Below the pieces are notes generated by a model. It did not search any database. It had not been told where the DNA came from and worked only from the letters and a program-made list of their open reading frames with translations. From an uncultured Verrucomicrobiota bacterium (GTDB taxonomy: Bacteria; Verrucomicrobiota; Verrucomicrobiia; Limisphaerales; CAIMTB01): DNA of 59,134 nucleotides. A program made the translations under genes and the position numbers. The stretch spans positions 1 to 59,134 of the forward strand of contig CAIMTB010000475.1 of the NCBI GenBank assembly GCA_903844265.1, read 5' to 3'. Position 1 is the stretch's first letter. The number at the start of each line of letters is the position of its first letter. Shown here piece by piece: positions 10,220-18,627 of the stretch.

Positions 10220-10774
10220 ATGCAAATCTCACGCGCAGGAGAGTACGGCGTCCTAGGACTGCTGCATCTGGCCCGACAACCGGCCGGGCTTCCGGTCATG
10301 ATCGATGCCGTCAGTCGCGGCGTCACGATCCCCAAGAGTTTTCTCGCGAAGATTTTTCAGGATCTGGCGAAGGCGGGATTGCTCCGGTCCCAGCGCGGAG
10401 CCGGGGGCGGATTCATCCTCGCCCGACCGCCGACAAAGATTTCGATCCTCGAGGTGATCGAGGCCATCGACGGCAAGATCGCGCTGCAGCGATGCCTCGG
10501 TGAAGGACCCGACTGTGAAAAGCGGGAGAGCTGCGCCCTCTGCGGTTTGTTCGAGGAAGCCCAGGATCGCTTGAAGGAGGTGTTCCGCAACACCTCCCTC
10601 GCCGATCTCGCCTCGCGTCAGAGCCACGCCGAGGCCTCCTTCGCAGCCAAGTCCGCAGCGAAGTCCACGCTCAGGTCCGCAGGCTCCACCTGCGCGCCTC
10701 CCGGCCGCCTCCCAGCCACCGCCTCGCAGTCCATCGCCTTCCGTCCCCGACCCAAATTCATCCCGGCCATCTGA
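10220..10774 (+). CDS. iscR: Rrf2-family (IscR-like) Fe-S-binding transcriptional regulator
   Basis: MQISRAGEYGVLGLLHLA... winged-helix N-terminus. Cys cluster is RCLGEGPDCEKRESCALCGLF. First gene of an iscU/nifS/apbC cluster. Confidence 0.8.
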   Translation: MQISRAGEYGVLGLLHLARQPAGLPVMIDAVSRGVTIPKSFLAKIFQDLAKAGLLRSQRGAGGGFILARPPTKISILEVIEAIDGKIALQRCLGEGPDCEKRESCALCGLFEEAQDRLKEVFRNTSLADLASRQSHAEASFAAKSAAKSTLRSAGSTCAPPGRLPATASQSIAFRPRPKFIPAI

Positions 10775-10782
10775 CCTATACC

Positions 10783-11223
10783 ATGAGCGACACTTATTCC
10801 CTCTACAACAAAACCGTCATGGATCACTTCATGAATCCCCGCAACATGGGGGACATCCCGGATGCCGACGGCATCGGGGAGGTGGGTGCCGCGGCCTGTG
10901 GCGACATCATGAAGATGAGCCTGAAGGTCGAGAACGGTCGCATCACCGACGCCCGCTTCAAGACGTTCGGCTGCGGTTCCGCCATCGCAAGTTCCAGCAT
11001 GGCCACCGAGCTGATCAAGGGCCGCACGCTCGAGGAGGCCCTGAGCTTCTCAAATCAGGAGGTGGTCGACGCCCTCGGCGGGCTCCCGCCCGTGAAGATC
11101 CACTGTTCGGTCCTGGCCGAAGAAGCCCTCAAGGCCGCGCTGGAGGACTACGTGAAGCGCCATCCTGAAGCTGCCAAGGCGGCCCCGTCCGCGGAAGCAA
11201 CATTGTCCACGGTCGCGTCCTGA
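10783..11223 (+). CDS. iscU: IscU/NifU-type Fe-S cluster scaffold
   Basis: NPRNMG, AACGD, FKTFGCGSAIASSS, and LPPVKIHCSVLA: the three ligand Cys in canonical contexts. Confidence 0.9.
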   Translation: MSDTYSLYNKTVMDHFMNPRNMGDIPDADGIGEVGAAACGDIMKMSLKVENGRITDARFKTFGCGSAIASSSMATELIKGRTLEEALSFSNQEVVDALGGLPPVKIHCSVLAEEALKAALEDYVKRHPEAAKAAPSAEATLSTVAS

Positions 11224-11228
11224 ACCCC

Positions 11229-12494
11229 ATGCGCCAAGTCTACCTCGACCACCTCTCGGCAACGCCGTTGCTGCAGGAGGCCTTCGAAGCCATGAAGCCG
11301 TTCTTCATGGAGGCCTACGGGAACGCATCCTCGTTGCACCAGCACGGGCTCCGCGTCCGCGATGCCCTCGCCAGCGCCCGCACCCAGGTCGCCGCGCTGA
11401 TCAACGCCGAATCCGCGGACGACATCTTCTTCGCGTCCTGCGGGACCGAGGCGGTGAATCTCGCGGTGAAGGGCGTCGCCTACGCCAACCGCCGCCGCGG
11501 CACCCATATCGTCTGGAGCGAAGTCGAGCATCCGGCGGTCATGAATTCCCTCGAATTCCTCGAAAAAGAGGGATTCACCAACACCAAGGTCCCGGTCGAT
11601 CCCATGGGCCGCGTCCAGGTGGACAAGCTCCGCGAGGTCATCACCGACAAGACCACGCTGATCTGCGTCCAGCTCGCAAACCACGACATCGGCACGATCC
11701 AGCCCGTGGCCGAGATCGGCCGCATCGCCGCCGAGAAAGGCATCCCGCTCTTCGTCGACGCGAATTCCTCCGCCGGCTGGCTTCCCATCGACGTCCAGCA
11801 GATGGGCGCGAGCCTGATGTCGCTTTCGCCCCACCGCTTCTACGGACCCAAGGGAGTCGGCGTCCTGTATCGCAATCGCCGGGCACGCCTGGTCAGCATC
11901 CTCCATGGCGGTGTCCAGGAAGGAGGCCGCCGCGCGGGCACCGAGAACGTTCCCGCGATCATCGGCGCCGGAGTCGCCGCCGAATTCGCATTGCGCGACC
12001 TGGATGCCCGGGCAACCCACGCAGCCCGGCTGCAGCGACGTCTCTGGGACGGCCTGAAATCCCGCATTCCGTTCATCAAGCTCAACGGCCCCGAGCCCGG
12101 TCCCGATCGGATCTGCAACAACATCAACATCAGCACCGAGTTCATTGAGGGCGAGGGCCAGCTGCTTCTCCTCGACGTTCACGGCATCGCGGTCGCCAGC
12201 GGATCGAGCTGTGTCAGCAAGTCGCTCAAGATCTCCCACGTCCTCGCCGCCATCGGGCTCGACCACGCACTCGCCCAGGGCAACCTCATCCTCACGCTGG
12301 GCAAGGACAACACCGACGACGACATGGACTACGTGGTCGCGCAGTTCGCGTTGATCGTGGAGAAGCTGCGGGGCATGTCGCCCATGTGGGAGGAGTTCCA
12401 GCGCGGCATCATCGACTCGGTCATCGCCCCGACCGGACGCGGCAAGTCCTTCTCGGAACACGCCGCAAGCATCTCCGGAAAAGCCTCCCACTGA
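11229..12494 (+). CDS. NifS/IscS-like class V aminotransferase-fold protein lacking the PLP lysine (probable non-catalytic desulfurase homologue)
   Basis: Collinear with E. coli IscS as recalled: EVEHPAV, FVDA, ASGSSCVS active-site loop Cys. But SLSPHRFYGPKGVG stands where IscS has SFSGHKIYGPKGIG (K->R, codon 11835-11837), and NLILTLG where IscS has SIRFSLG (R->I, codon 12288-12290). Confidence 0.8.
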   Translation: MRQVYLDHLSATPLLQEAFEAMKPFFMEAYGNASSLHQHGLRVRDALASARTQVAALINAESADDIFFASCGTEAVNLAVKGVAYANRRRGTHIVWSEVEHPAVMNSLEFLEKEGFTNTKVPVDPMGRVQVDKLREVITDKTTLICVQLANHDIGTIQPVAEIGRIAAEKGIPLFVDANSSAGWLPIDVQQMGASLMSLSPHRFYGPKGVGVLYRNRRARLVSILHGGVQEGGRRAGTENVPAIIGAGVAAEFALRDLDARATHAARLQRRLWDGLKSRIPFIKLNGPEPGPDRICNNINISTEFIEGEGQLLLLDVHGIAVASGSSCVSKSLKISHVLAAIGLDHALAQGNLILTLGKDNTDDDMDYVVAQFALIVEKLRGMSPMWEEFQRGIIDSVIAPTGRGKSFSEHAASISGKASH

Positions 12495-12569
12495 GCTGGA
12501 TTCCTTTGACCCGCCTCAAGCACGTTCGCAGCTTTGTCCGTCAGCCTTCCCCCCTCATACTGAGCACCC

Positions 12570-13688
12570 ATGATTTCCCAGGAACAGATCCTCGCCGCGC
12601 TTAAGACGATCCGGTACCCCGGCTTCAGTCGCGACATCGTCTCGTTCGGATTGGTCAAGGATACCGCCGCCTCCGCCGGTTCCGCCACCGCCGTCCTCCA
12701 ACTCACCACCGGCAACCCCGAGGTTGCGACACAGCTCAAGACCGAAGCCGAAGCCGCCCTTCGCACGATTCCAGGCGTCGAACGCGCCTTCGTCGAAGTC
12801 CGCCTCGGCGCCGGCTCACCCGGCGCCACCGCCCCAACCGCAGGCCACGGCCACGCTCACAACCACGGCCCGTCTCCCGCGGCCGGCCAACCCCCGGGCG
12901 GCGCCAATCCGTGGTCCACCCAGAACCGCGTTCCCGGCGTGAAACGCATCATCGCCGTCGCCAGCGGAAAGGGCGGCGTCGGAAAATCCACGGTGTCCGT
13001 CAACCTCGCCTGCGCCTTCCGCCATCTCGGCCTGCGCGTCGGCCTCCTCGACTGCGACATCTACGGCCCAAGCATCCCGCTCATGATGGGTTGCCACGAC
13101 CGCCCCGAGATCAGCGCCAGCGAGAAATTGCTCCCGCCCGAACGCCACGGGGTCCGACTGATGAGCCTCGGGTTCCTCATCGACGACAGCCAGCCCGTCA
13201 TCTGGCGCGGGCCGATGATCGTCAAGACGATCCAGCAGTTCCTCATGCAAACCGAGTGGGGCGAACTCGACGTGCTCCTCGTGGACCTCCCGCCCGGCAC
13301 CGGCGATGCCCAGCTCACGCTCTGCCAGACCGTGCCCCTCGACGGCGGCGTGGTCGTCACCACCCCCCAGGAGGCCTCCCTCGGCGTCGTACGCAAAGGA
13401 ATCGCGATGTTCCAAAAACTCAACGTCCCGATCATCGGCCTCGTCGAGAACATGAGCTACTTCACCGCCCCCGACGGTTCCCGCGTCGAAATCTTCGGCC
13501 ACGGCGGCGGCGCCCAGGAAGCCCAGCGCCTCGGCGCCCCGTTCCTCGGCGAAATCCCCATCTTCACCGACATCCGAAAAGGCGGCGACGCCGGCCTTCC
13601 CATCGTTGTCAGCGCGGTGTCAAGCGAGCCCGCGCAAGCCTTCCTCAAGATCGCCGAAGGCGTCCGTTCCCGCGTCCGCTTCGACTGA
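12570..13688 (+). CDS. apbC: Mrp/NBP35/ApbC-family P-loop ATPase with N-terminal DUF59-like domain
   Basis: IIAVASGKGGVGKSTVSVNLA deviant Walker A, LLVDLPPGTGD, VENMSYF. The N-terminal ~90 aa is MIP18/DUF59-like. The usual CxxC after ENMS is absent (TAPDG). Confidence 0.85.
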   Translation: MISQEQILAALKTIRYPGFSRDIVSFGLVKDTAASAGSATAVLQLTTGNPEVATQLKTEAEAALRTIPGVERAFVEVRLGAGSPGATAPTAGHGHAHNHGPSPAAGQPPGGANPWSTQNRVPGVKRIIAVASGKGGVGKSTVSVNLACAFRHLGLRVGLLDCDIYGPSIPLMMGCHDRPEISASEKLLPPERHGVRLMSLGFLIDDSQPVIWRGPMIVKTIQQFLMQTEWGELDVLLVDLPPGTGDAQLTLCQTVPLDGGVVVTTPQEASLGVVRKGIAMFQKLNVPIIGLVENMSYFTAPDGSRVEIFGHGGGAQEAQRLGAPFLGEIPIFTDIRKGGDAGLPIVVSAVSSEPAQAFLKIAEGVRSRVRFD

Positions 13689-13708
13689 GCCGCGACCCGG
13701 GGTCCGCC

Positions 13709-15217
13709 TCATCCCGCGATCCACCGCCACACCGCGGCCGTTCCCGCGCAAAGAACGAACCCGATCGCCATCGGGATCAACGCGGACCACACGGTCCATC
13801 GCCAGCTGCCCGTCTCCTTGTAGATGGTGTACAGCGTGGTGGAACATGGGTTGTGACAGAGGCTGAAGAGCATCAGGCACACCGCCGTCATCGGCGTCCA
13901 ACCGCCCGCGACCAGAAGCTTCTTCAGCACGTTGTCGCCCGCCTCGAACATGACGCCAGCACCCTGGCCAAGCTCCGTCATGCCCGTCACCAGGACGGTC
14001 AGCATCAGGATCGACGGCACCACGATTTCATTCGCAGGAATAGCGATCACGTAGGCCAGCAGGATCACCCCGCTCAAACCCATCACCCACCCCAGCGGCT
14101 CAAGCCCCGCGATCGCCCAGAACGCCAGCGGCCGACCCGTGACGGTGATGTTCGCCACGCACCAGATCGCCACCCCGGCCGGCGCCGCGAACAAGACCGC
14201 GCGCCACAACACGAAAAGCGTCCGGTCAATCAATGAGGTGTACAGCGTCCGCCAAAAACGAGGCGGCCGATACGGCGGCAGTTCCAGGCTGAACGCCGAC
14301 GCCTCCCCCCGGAGCAACGTCCGCGACAGGGCCCACGACACCCCAAGGCTCAGGACGACCCCAAGCAACGCCACCCCAAGCACCGCCACCGCCGCAGCCA
14401 CACCCGCCAGCGCCGGCGCCACGAGCGATCCCACAAACACCGTCGCAATCAGGATCTGGGTCGGCCACCGCCCATTGCACAGCGCGAAATTGTTGGTGAG
14501 GATCGCAATGAGCCTTTCCCTCGGCGAATCGATGATCCGACACGCCGTCACTCCCGCCGCGTTGCAACCCCACCCCATCGACATCGTCAGCGCCTGCTTG
14601 CCGTGCGCCCCGGCTCGCTGGAACAACCGGTCCAGGTTGAACGCCACCCGCGGCAGGTACCCGAAATCCTCCAGCAACGTGAACATCGGAAAAAAGATCA
14701 ACATGGGCGGCAGCATCACGCTCACCACCCACGCGGTCGTCAGATACAAACCGTCCACCAACAACCCGTTCAGCCACCACGGCATGCCCAACTGCCCGAG
14801 CCCGGACTTCAATGCCGGATGCAGCGTGTCCACCAGCACCCCCGCCATCGCCGCCGAGGGCACATTGGCACCTACAATCGTAATCCAAAGAGCCACGGCG
14901 AGCACCGCGATCATCGCCGGGAACCCGGTCCAACGCCCCGTGAGAAACGCGTCCATCCGCCGCTGCCACGTCTGGCGCGACGACACACCGGAACGGACCA
15001 CGTTGCGCGCTGCGATGCGCGCAGACTCGCCGTAGATCTCCTCGACGCAGCGGTCGTGGAACTCCGGCGGAACACGCCACCGCAGTTCCTCGGCCAACCC
15101 CAACACCGCCTCGATCCGGGGCGACGACCCCAAAATCACGCGATCCCCCGGGTTGGGCCGATCCGCCTCCGCGTCAGAAACCGGGCCCAACCCGGGCGAG
15201 GGTGTTCCGGTTTTCAT
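13709..15217 (-). CDS. feoB: Ferrous iron transporter FeoB, membrane (gate/nucleoside-recognition) portion, as a separate ORF
   Basis: About 10 TM helices, RMDAFLTGRWTGFPAM..., FFPMFTLLEDFGYLPRVAFNLDRLF, NNFALCNGRWP. ATG 15217 overlaps the TGA of the upstream G-domain ORF (ATGA). Confidence 0.85.
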   Translation of the reverse strand: MKTGTPSPGLGPVSDAEADRPNPGDRVILGSSPRIEAVLGLAEELRWRVPPEFHDRCVEEIYGESARIAARNVVRSGVSSRQTWQRRMDAFLTGRWTGFPAMIAVLAVALWITIVGANVPSAAMAGVLVDTLHPALKSGLGQLGMPWWLNGLLVDGLYLTTAWVVSVMLPPMLIFFPMFTLLEDFGYLPRVAFNLDRLFQRAGAHGKQALTMSMGWGCNAAGVTACRIIDSPRERLIAILTNNFALCNGRWPTQILIATVFVGSLVAPALAGVAAAVAVLGVALLGVVLSLGVSWALSRTLLRGEASAFSLELPPYRPPRFWRTLYTSLIDRTLFVLWRAVLFAAPAGVAIWCVANITVTGRPLAFWAIAGLEPLGWVMGLSGVILLAYVIAIPANEIVVPSILMLTVLVTGMTELGQGAGVMFEAGDNVLKKLLVAGGWTPMTAVCLMLFSLCHNPCSTTLYTIYKETGSWRWTVWSALIPMAIGFVLCAGTAAVWRWIAG

Positions 15218-16032
15218 GCAGCCGCCCCCACCCCACCGACCGCGGCGTCCTCGGACACAAGGCCCAGTTCACCCCGGGCCAGCGCCCGACGGACACTCTC
15301 ATCCCCATGCAACAAGCGAAGCGCGATCCATGGCGCGTTGGCCACGCCAGGGACTGCGGCCTCAACCTCTGCCGCGAGCCGCCGTATGGCGTCGCGAAGT
15401 CCTGGAACATCGTAGGTGAGCCGCCTGGGCCGCGCAGCCAGCTGCCCCGTCGCCACACGCTCGATCTCACCCAGGAGCTCCTCCATGCCCTCACGTTGAC
15501 GCGCCGCGGTGGGGATGACCGGAACACCGAGGTCACGCGCCAAACCACGGGTGTCGATTCGCAATCCATGCGCCCGCGCCTCGTCCATGAGGTTCAGGCA
15601 GACGATGGTGCGGTCGGTGATCTGCAAGACCTGCAGCGCAAGATTCAGGTTCCGCTCCAGCGCCGTGGCATCGACGACCACCACCGTGACATCCGGTTTC
15701 CCGAACAGGATGAAATCCCGCGCCACCTCCTCGTCCAGTGAAGACGAGAGCAGCGAGTAGGTGCCCGGAAGATCCACCAGCTTGTACCGACGATCGCGAT
15801 AGGAAAACCCGCCCTCGGCTCGCGCAATGGTCTTCCCAGGCCAGTTCCCCGTGTGCTGACGCAACCCGGTCAGATTGTTGAACACGGTGCTCTTGCCCGT
15901 GTTCGGGTTTCCCGCGAGAGCCACCACATGATCCCAGTTCTCAAGCCCCAGACCGAGCCGCTGAAGGCTCGCCGGGGACCGCCCGGGGACCGCACAGCCG
16001 GAACAGGCACTGGGCGGGCAACCACTGCTCAC
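15214..16032 (-). CDS. feoB: FeoB N-terminal GTPase (G-domain plus helical domain), as a separate ORF
   Basis: VALAGNPNTGKSTVFNNLTG (G1), DLPGTYSL (G3), CLNLMDEA (G4). GTG start overlaps the stop of the upstream gene (GTGA). Confidence 0.85.
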   Translation of the reverse strand: MSSGCPPSACSGCAVPGRSPASLQRLGLGLENWDHVVALAGNPNTGKSTVFNNLTGLRQHTGNWPGKTIARAEGGFSYRDRRYKLVDLPGTYSLLSSSLDEEVARDFILFGKPDVTVVVVDATALERNLNLALQVLQITDRTIVCLNLMDEARAHGLRIDTRGLARDLGVPVIPTAARQREGMEELLGEIERVATGQLAARPRRLTYDVPGLRDAIRRLAAEVEAAVPGVANAPWIALRLLHGDESVRRALARGELGLVSEDAAVGGVGAAA

Positions 16033-16976
16033 GTGCCCTCCTTCAGGTCCACGCCTTCCACCCTCTGCCCAATGAAGACCTGCTCCGCCTGCTCCGTGCG
16101 AAGCGCAATCAACGATCCCCGGACCCGGTAGGCGGACGGACTCGCCAACGGACTCGTGAATCCCAATTCCACCGGGCTTCCAGGAACAAAACCGAGGTCC
16201 AGGAGACGGTTCCGCTCGCGACCCCGGATGGCCGGTGACAACCCACGAACCTCCGCCACCTCCCCAGGCTTCAGATCCGCCAGACGACGCGTCGGCGCCT
16301 CCGCCATCGGGGCCTGCTCGAGACGCGCCACCGACACGTTGCCAGCCAGTGTCCGCGGCAGAACAAAGGCCCTTCCCTCACACCGCACCTTCAAACCCTC
16401 CACCACCGTGCCGTCCACCACCAACCGCATCCCCGGCACCAACCCAGCCTGCGCGATCGCCGCATACACCAGGGCCGGCTCATCCTCGACATGCACGATC
16501 CGCGCCTCGACACCCTCCGGCCAATCCAACAACACACTCCCTTGTGCCGGAGGAAGTTCACCCGATGCCGTCGGAATCGGATCCCCATGAGGATCATAAC
16601 GGGGATCCCCCAACCGCTGCGCCAGGGCATCCACACGCGCCGGCGTCAGGTTGTGCTCGTCAACCTCCGCCCGCTGATGCCATTCGCTCGAGCCCAACCC
16701 CGTCTCCAACGCCAGATAGGTCTCCACAACCCGATGCGCCCGCAACACCTGCACCGCATGTTCCCGCCCCAAAACCGTCAGGTAAAGCGCCCCACCCCCC
16801 CACGCCAGCCAACCGCCGGTAACCAAGCGATCCACCAGCAGACGCGCCGCATCCCGACTCAGGCGCAACGCCCCAGCCACACTGTCCGCACTCGCCGTCA
16901 GGCGATCATACTCACATTGGAACACGTGCTTGAGCGCATCCTCCGCCAACACGCGCTCGTGCCGGGAGGACGTCAC
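16029..16976 (-). CDS. DtxR-family metalloregulator fused to an extra FeoA domain
   Basis: DtxR-like HTH (DSVAGALRLSRDAARLLVDRLVTGGWL), dimerisation/metal region (HRVVETYL...EVDEHNL), SH3-like domain, then a canonical FeoA (LADLKPGEVAEVRGL...LLDLGFVPGSPVEL...VRGSLIALRTEQAEQVFI). Start set at GTG 16976. The tracked start 17108 is a TTG that overlaps the divergent gene. Confidence 0.7.
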   Translation of the reverse strand: MTSSRHERVLAEDALKHVFQCEYDRLTASADSVAGALRLSRDAARLLVDRLVTGGWLAWGGGALYLTVLGREHAVQVLRAHRVVETYLALETGLGSSEWHQRAEVDEHNLTPARVDALAQRLGDPRYDPHGDPIPTASGELPPAQGSVLLDWPEGVEARIVHVEDEPALVYAAIAQAGLVPGMRLVVDGTVVEGLKVRCEGRAFVLPRTLAGNVSVARLEQAPMAEAPTRRLADLKPGEVAEVRGLSPAIRGRERNRLLDLGFVPGSPVELGFTSPLASPSAYRVRGSLIALRTEQAEQVFIGQRVEGVDLKEGT

Positions 16977-17046
16977 CTCACACGTCCCTTCACCACGAGG
17001 CACTGGATGTTGACACTCATACGAAACGTAGCCTCTACTACAGGCG

Positions 17047-17523
17047 ATGTCCCGACCGGTCAAGTCCACGTCCAGAAAGACGTCATCACACCCCGCCCCA
17101 CGCCCCAAGGCCGACGAACAGGCCCTCCACCTCCAGAGAGTCCGACAGCAGAACCGATCCGAGGTCGTCGAAGACTACGTCGAGGCCATCGCCGACCTGA
17201 TCGACCAGACCGGCGAGGCACGCGCCGTCGACGTCGCCCGCAGGATCGGCGTGTCCCACGTCACGGTCATCCAGACGGTCCGGCGACTCCAACGCCAGGG
17301 CCTCGCCACCACCCAGCCCTACCGTTCGATCTTCCTGACTCCCGAGGGCCGACGACTCGCCGAACAATCGCGACATAAACACGACGTGGTCGTCGCGGTC
17401 CTCCGCGCCATCGGGGTCCCCGACAAACACGCCCTCGCCGACGCCGAGGGCATCGAGCACCACGTCGGCATCGAGACCCTCGCCGCCTTCGAACGATTCC
17501 TCGCCGCCATACCCCAGGCCTGA
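17047..17523 (+). CDS. MntR/DtxR-family metal-dependent repressor (no SH3 domain)
   Basis: ATG start. VEDYVEAIADLIDQTGEARAVDVARRIGVSHVTVIQTVRRLQRQGL HTH, then RHKHDVVVAVLRAIGV...AEGIEHHV metal-site helices. Confidence 0.75.
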   Translation: MSRPVKSTSRKTSSHPAPRPKADEQALHLQRVRQQNRSEVVEDYVEAIADLIDQTGEARAVDVARRIGVSHVTVIQTVRRLQRQGLATTQPYRSIFLTPEGRRLAEQSRHKHDVVVAVLRAIGVPDKHALADAEGIEHHVGIETLAAFERFLAAIPQA

Positions 17524-17607
17524 CAACGCGACGCTCCCACGATCGGACTCCCACGATGGGGCTTGCCTCGCTCCTGTGCCGTACCGGACGCTGCGCCCCC
17601 GATCCGC

Positions 17608-18330
17608 ATGGAACCCGACGTCCAGACCCCCGCGCCCAAGCCCGAAAGCCTCTGGATCAACCTTGTCTGCAACGCCGTCTTCCCCGCCGTGGTGCTCGGA
17701 ACGCTGAGCAAGGAATCAAGGCTCGGGCCCACCTGGGCTCTGCTCCTCGCCCTCAGTCTCCCCCTCGGCTATGGCGTCTACGACCTCCTCGCCCGCCGCA
17801 AGTGGAATATTTTTTCCGTGATCGGAGTGGTCAGCACCGCCCTCACCGGAGGGCTGGGACTCCTCAAGATCTCGGGGTTCTGGTTCGCGGTGAAGGAAGC
17901 CTCCGTACCCCTCGTGCTGGGTCTCGCCATCCTTCTCACCCAGAGATCACGCCAACCCCTCGTCAAGACGCTGGTCTGCAATGACCAGGTGCTCAACATG
18001 CCGCGGGTGGAAGCCGCCCTGGATGCCGCCTCCGCCCGACCCGCCTTTGAGCAGCTTCTCGGCCGCGTCGCCTGGATCATCTCGGGTTCTTTCGCGCTCA
18101 GCGCGATCCTCAACTTCATCCTTGCTCTCTGGATCCTGAAAAGCCCTTCAGGAACCCCCGCGTTTACCGAGGAACTCGGCCGCCTCACCGCCCTGAGCTA
18201 CCCGGTCATCGTCCTCCCTTCGATGGTGATGATGATGTTCGGGATGTGGAAACTGATCACCGGCCTCGAGAAACTCACCGGCCTTAGCGGCGATGATATC
18301 TTCCATCAACGGAAAAAATCCTCGACCTGA
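17608..18330 (+). CDS. Hypothetical inner-membrane protein (about 6 TM; VC0807/septation-protein-A-like impression)
   Basis: First ATG in frame (the tracked start 17563 is TTG). Hydrophobic helices LWINLVCNAVFPAVVLGTL, WALLLALSLPLGYGVY, VIGVVSTALTGGLGLL and others. Confidence 0.55.
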   Translation: MEPDVQTPAPKPESLWINLVCNAVFPAVVLGTLSKESRLGPTWALLLALSLPLGYGVYDLLARRKWNIFSVIGVVSTALTGGLGLLKISGFWFAVKEASVPLVLGLAILLTQRSRQPLVKTLVCNDQVLNMPRVEAALDAASARPAFEQLLGRVAWIISGSFALSAILNFILALWILKSPSGTPAFTEELGRLTALSYPVIVLPSMVMMMFGMWKLITGLEKLTGLSGDDIFHQRKKSST

Positions 18331-18345
18331 CCCAGTCACCGCTTC

Positions 18346-18359
18346 TTGACGCCGGTCAA
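18346..18359. promoter_or_regulatory. Crp/Fnr-type box TTGAC-gccg-GTCAA
   Basis: Perfect palindrome, 8/10 to TTGAT-N4-ATCAA. Its centre lies 41.5 nt upstream of ATG 18394 of the DUF2249 gene. Confidence 0.5.
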
Positions 18360-18393
18360 CGCGCCTGCCGCACGGACAGGGCATCGTCTCCCC

Positions 18394-18627
18394 ATGGCGG
18401 CAGACGTAATCCACCTCGACGCCCGAGGCCTCGAACCCCCGCAACCGATGATCCGGATCGTCGAAGCCCTCGAGGCCCTCCCCGCGGGAGCCGAACTCCA
18501 CGCCCGTACCGATCGCAACCCGGTGCATCTCCACCCCTTCCTCGCCGAGCGCGGTTTCCTCGGCAACTCCACCGCCGCCCCTGACCATGAATACGGCTTC
18601 CTCACCATCATCCGTCGCGCGGGCTGA
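18394..18627 (+). CDS. DUF2249-like small protein (TusA/SirA-like fold family)
   Basis: MAADVIHLDARGLEPPQPMIRIVEALEALPAGAELHARTDRNPVHLHPFLAERGF matches my memory of DUF2249 sequences. The tracked start 18346 is a TTG inside the Fnr-type box. Confidence 0.65.
   Translation: MAADVIHLDARGLEPPQPMIRIVEALEALPAGAELHARTDRNPVHLHPFLAERGFLGNSTAAPDHEYGFLTIIRRAG

Noticed and set aside
15205-15225. feoB as a frameshifted pseudogene
   Set aside because: The junction is a clean ATGA stop/start overlap, both halves are full-length and motif-intact, and the upstream junction uses the same coupling style. An indel or assembly error cannot be excluded without reads, so it is listed as a finding, not as a pseudogene.
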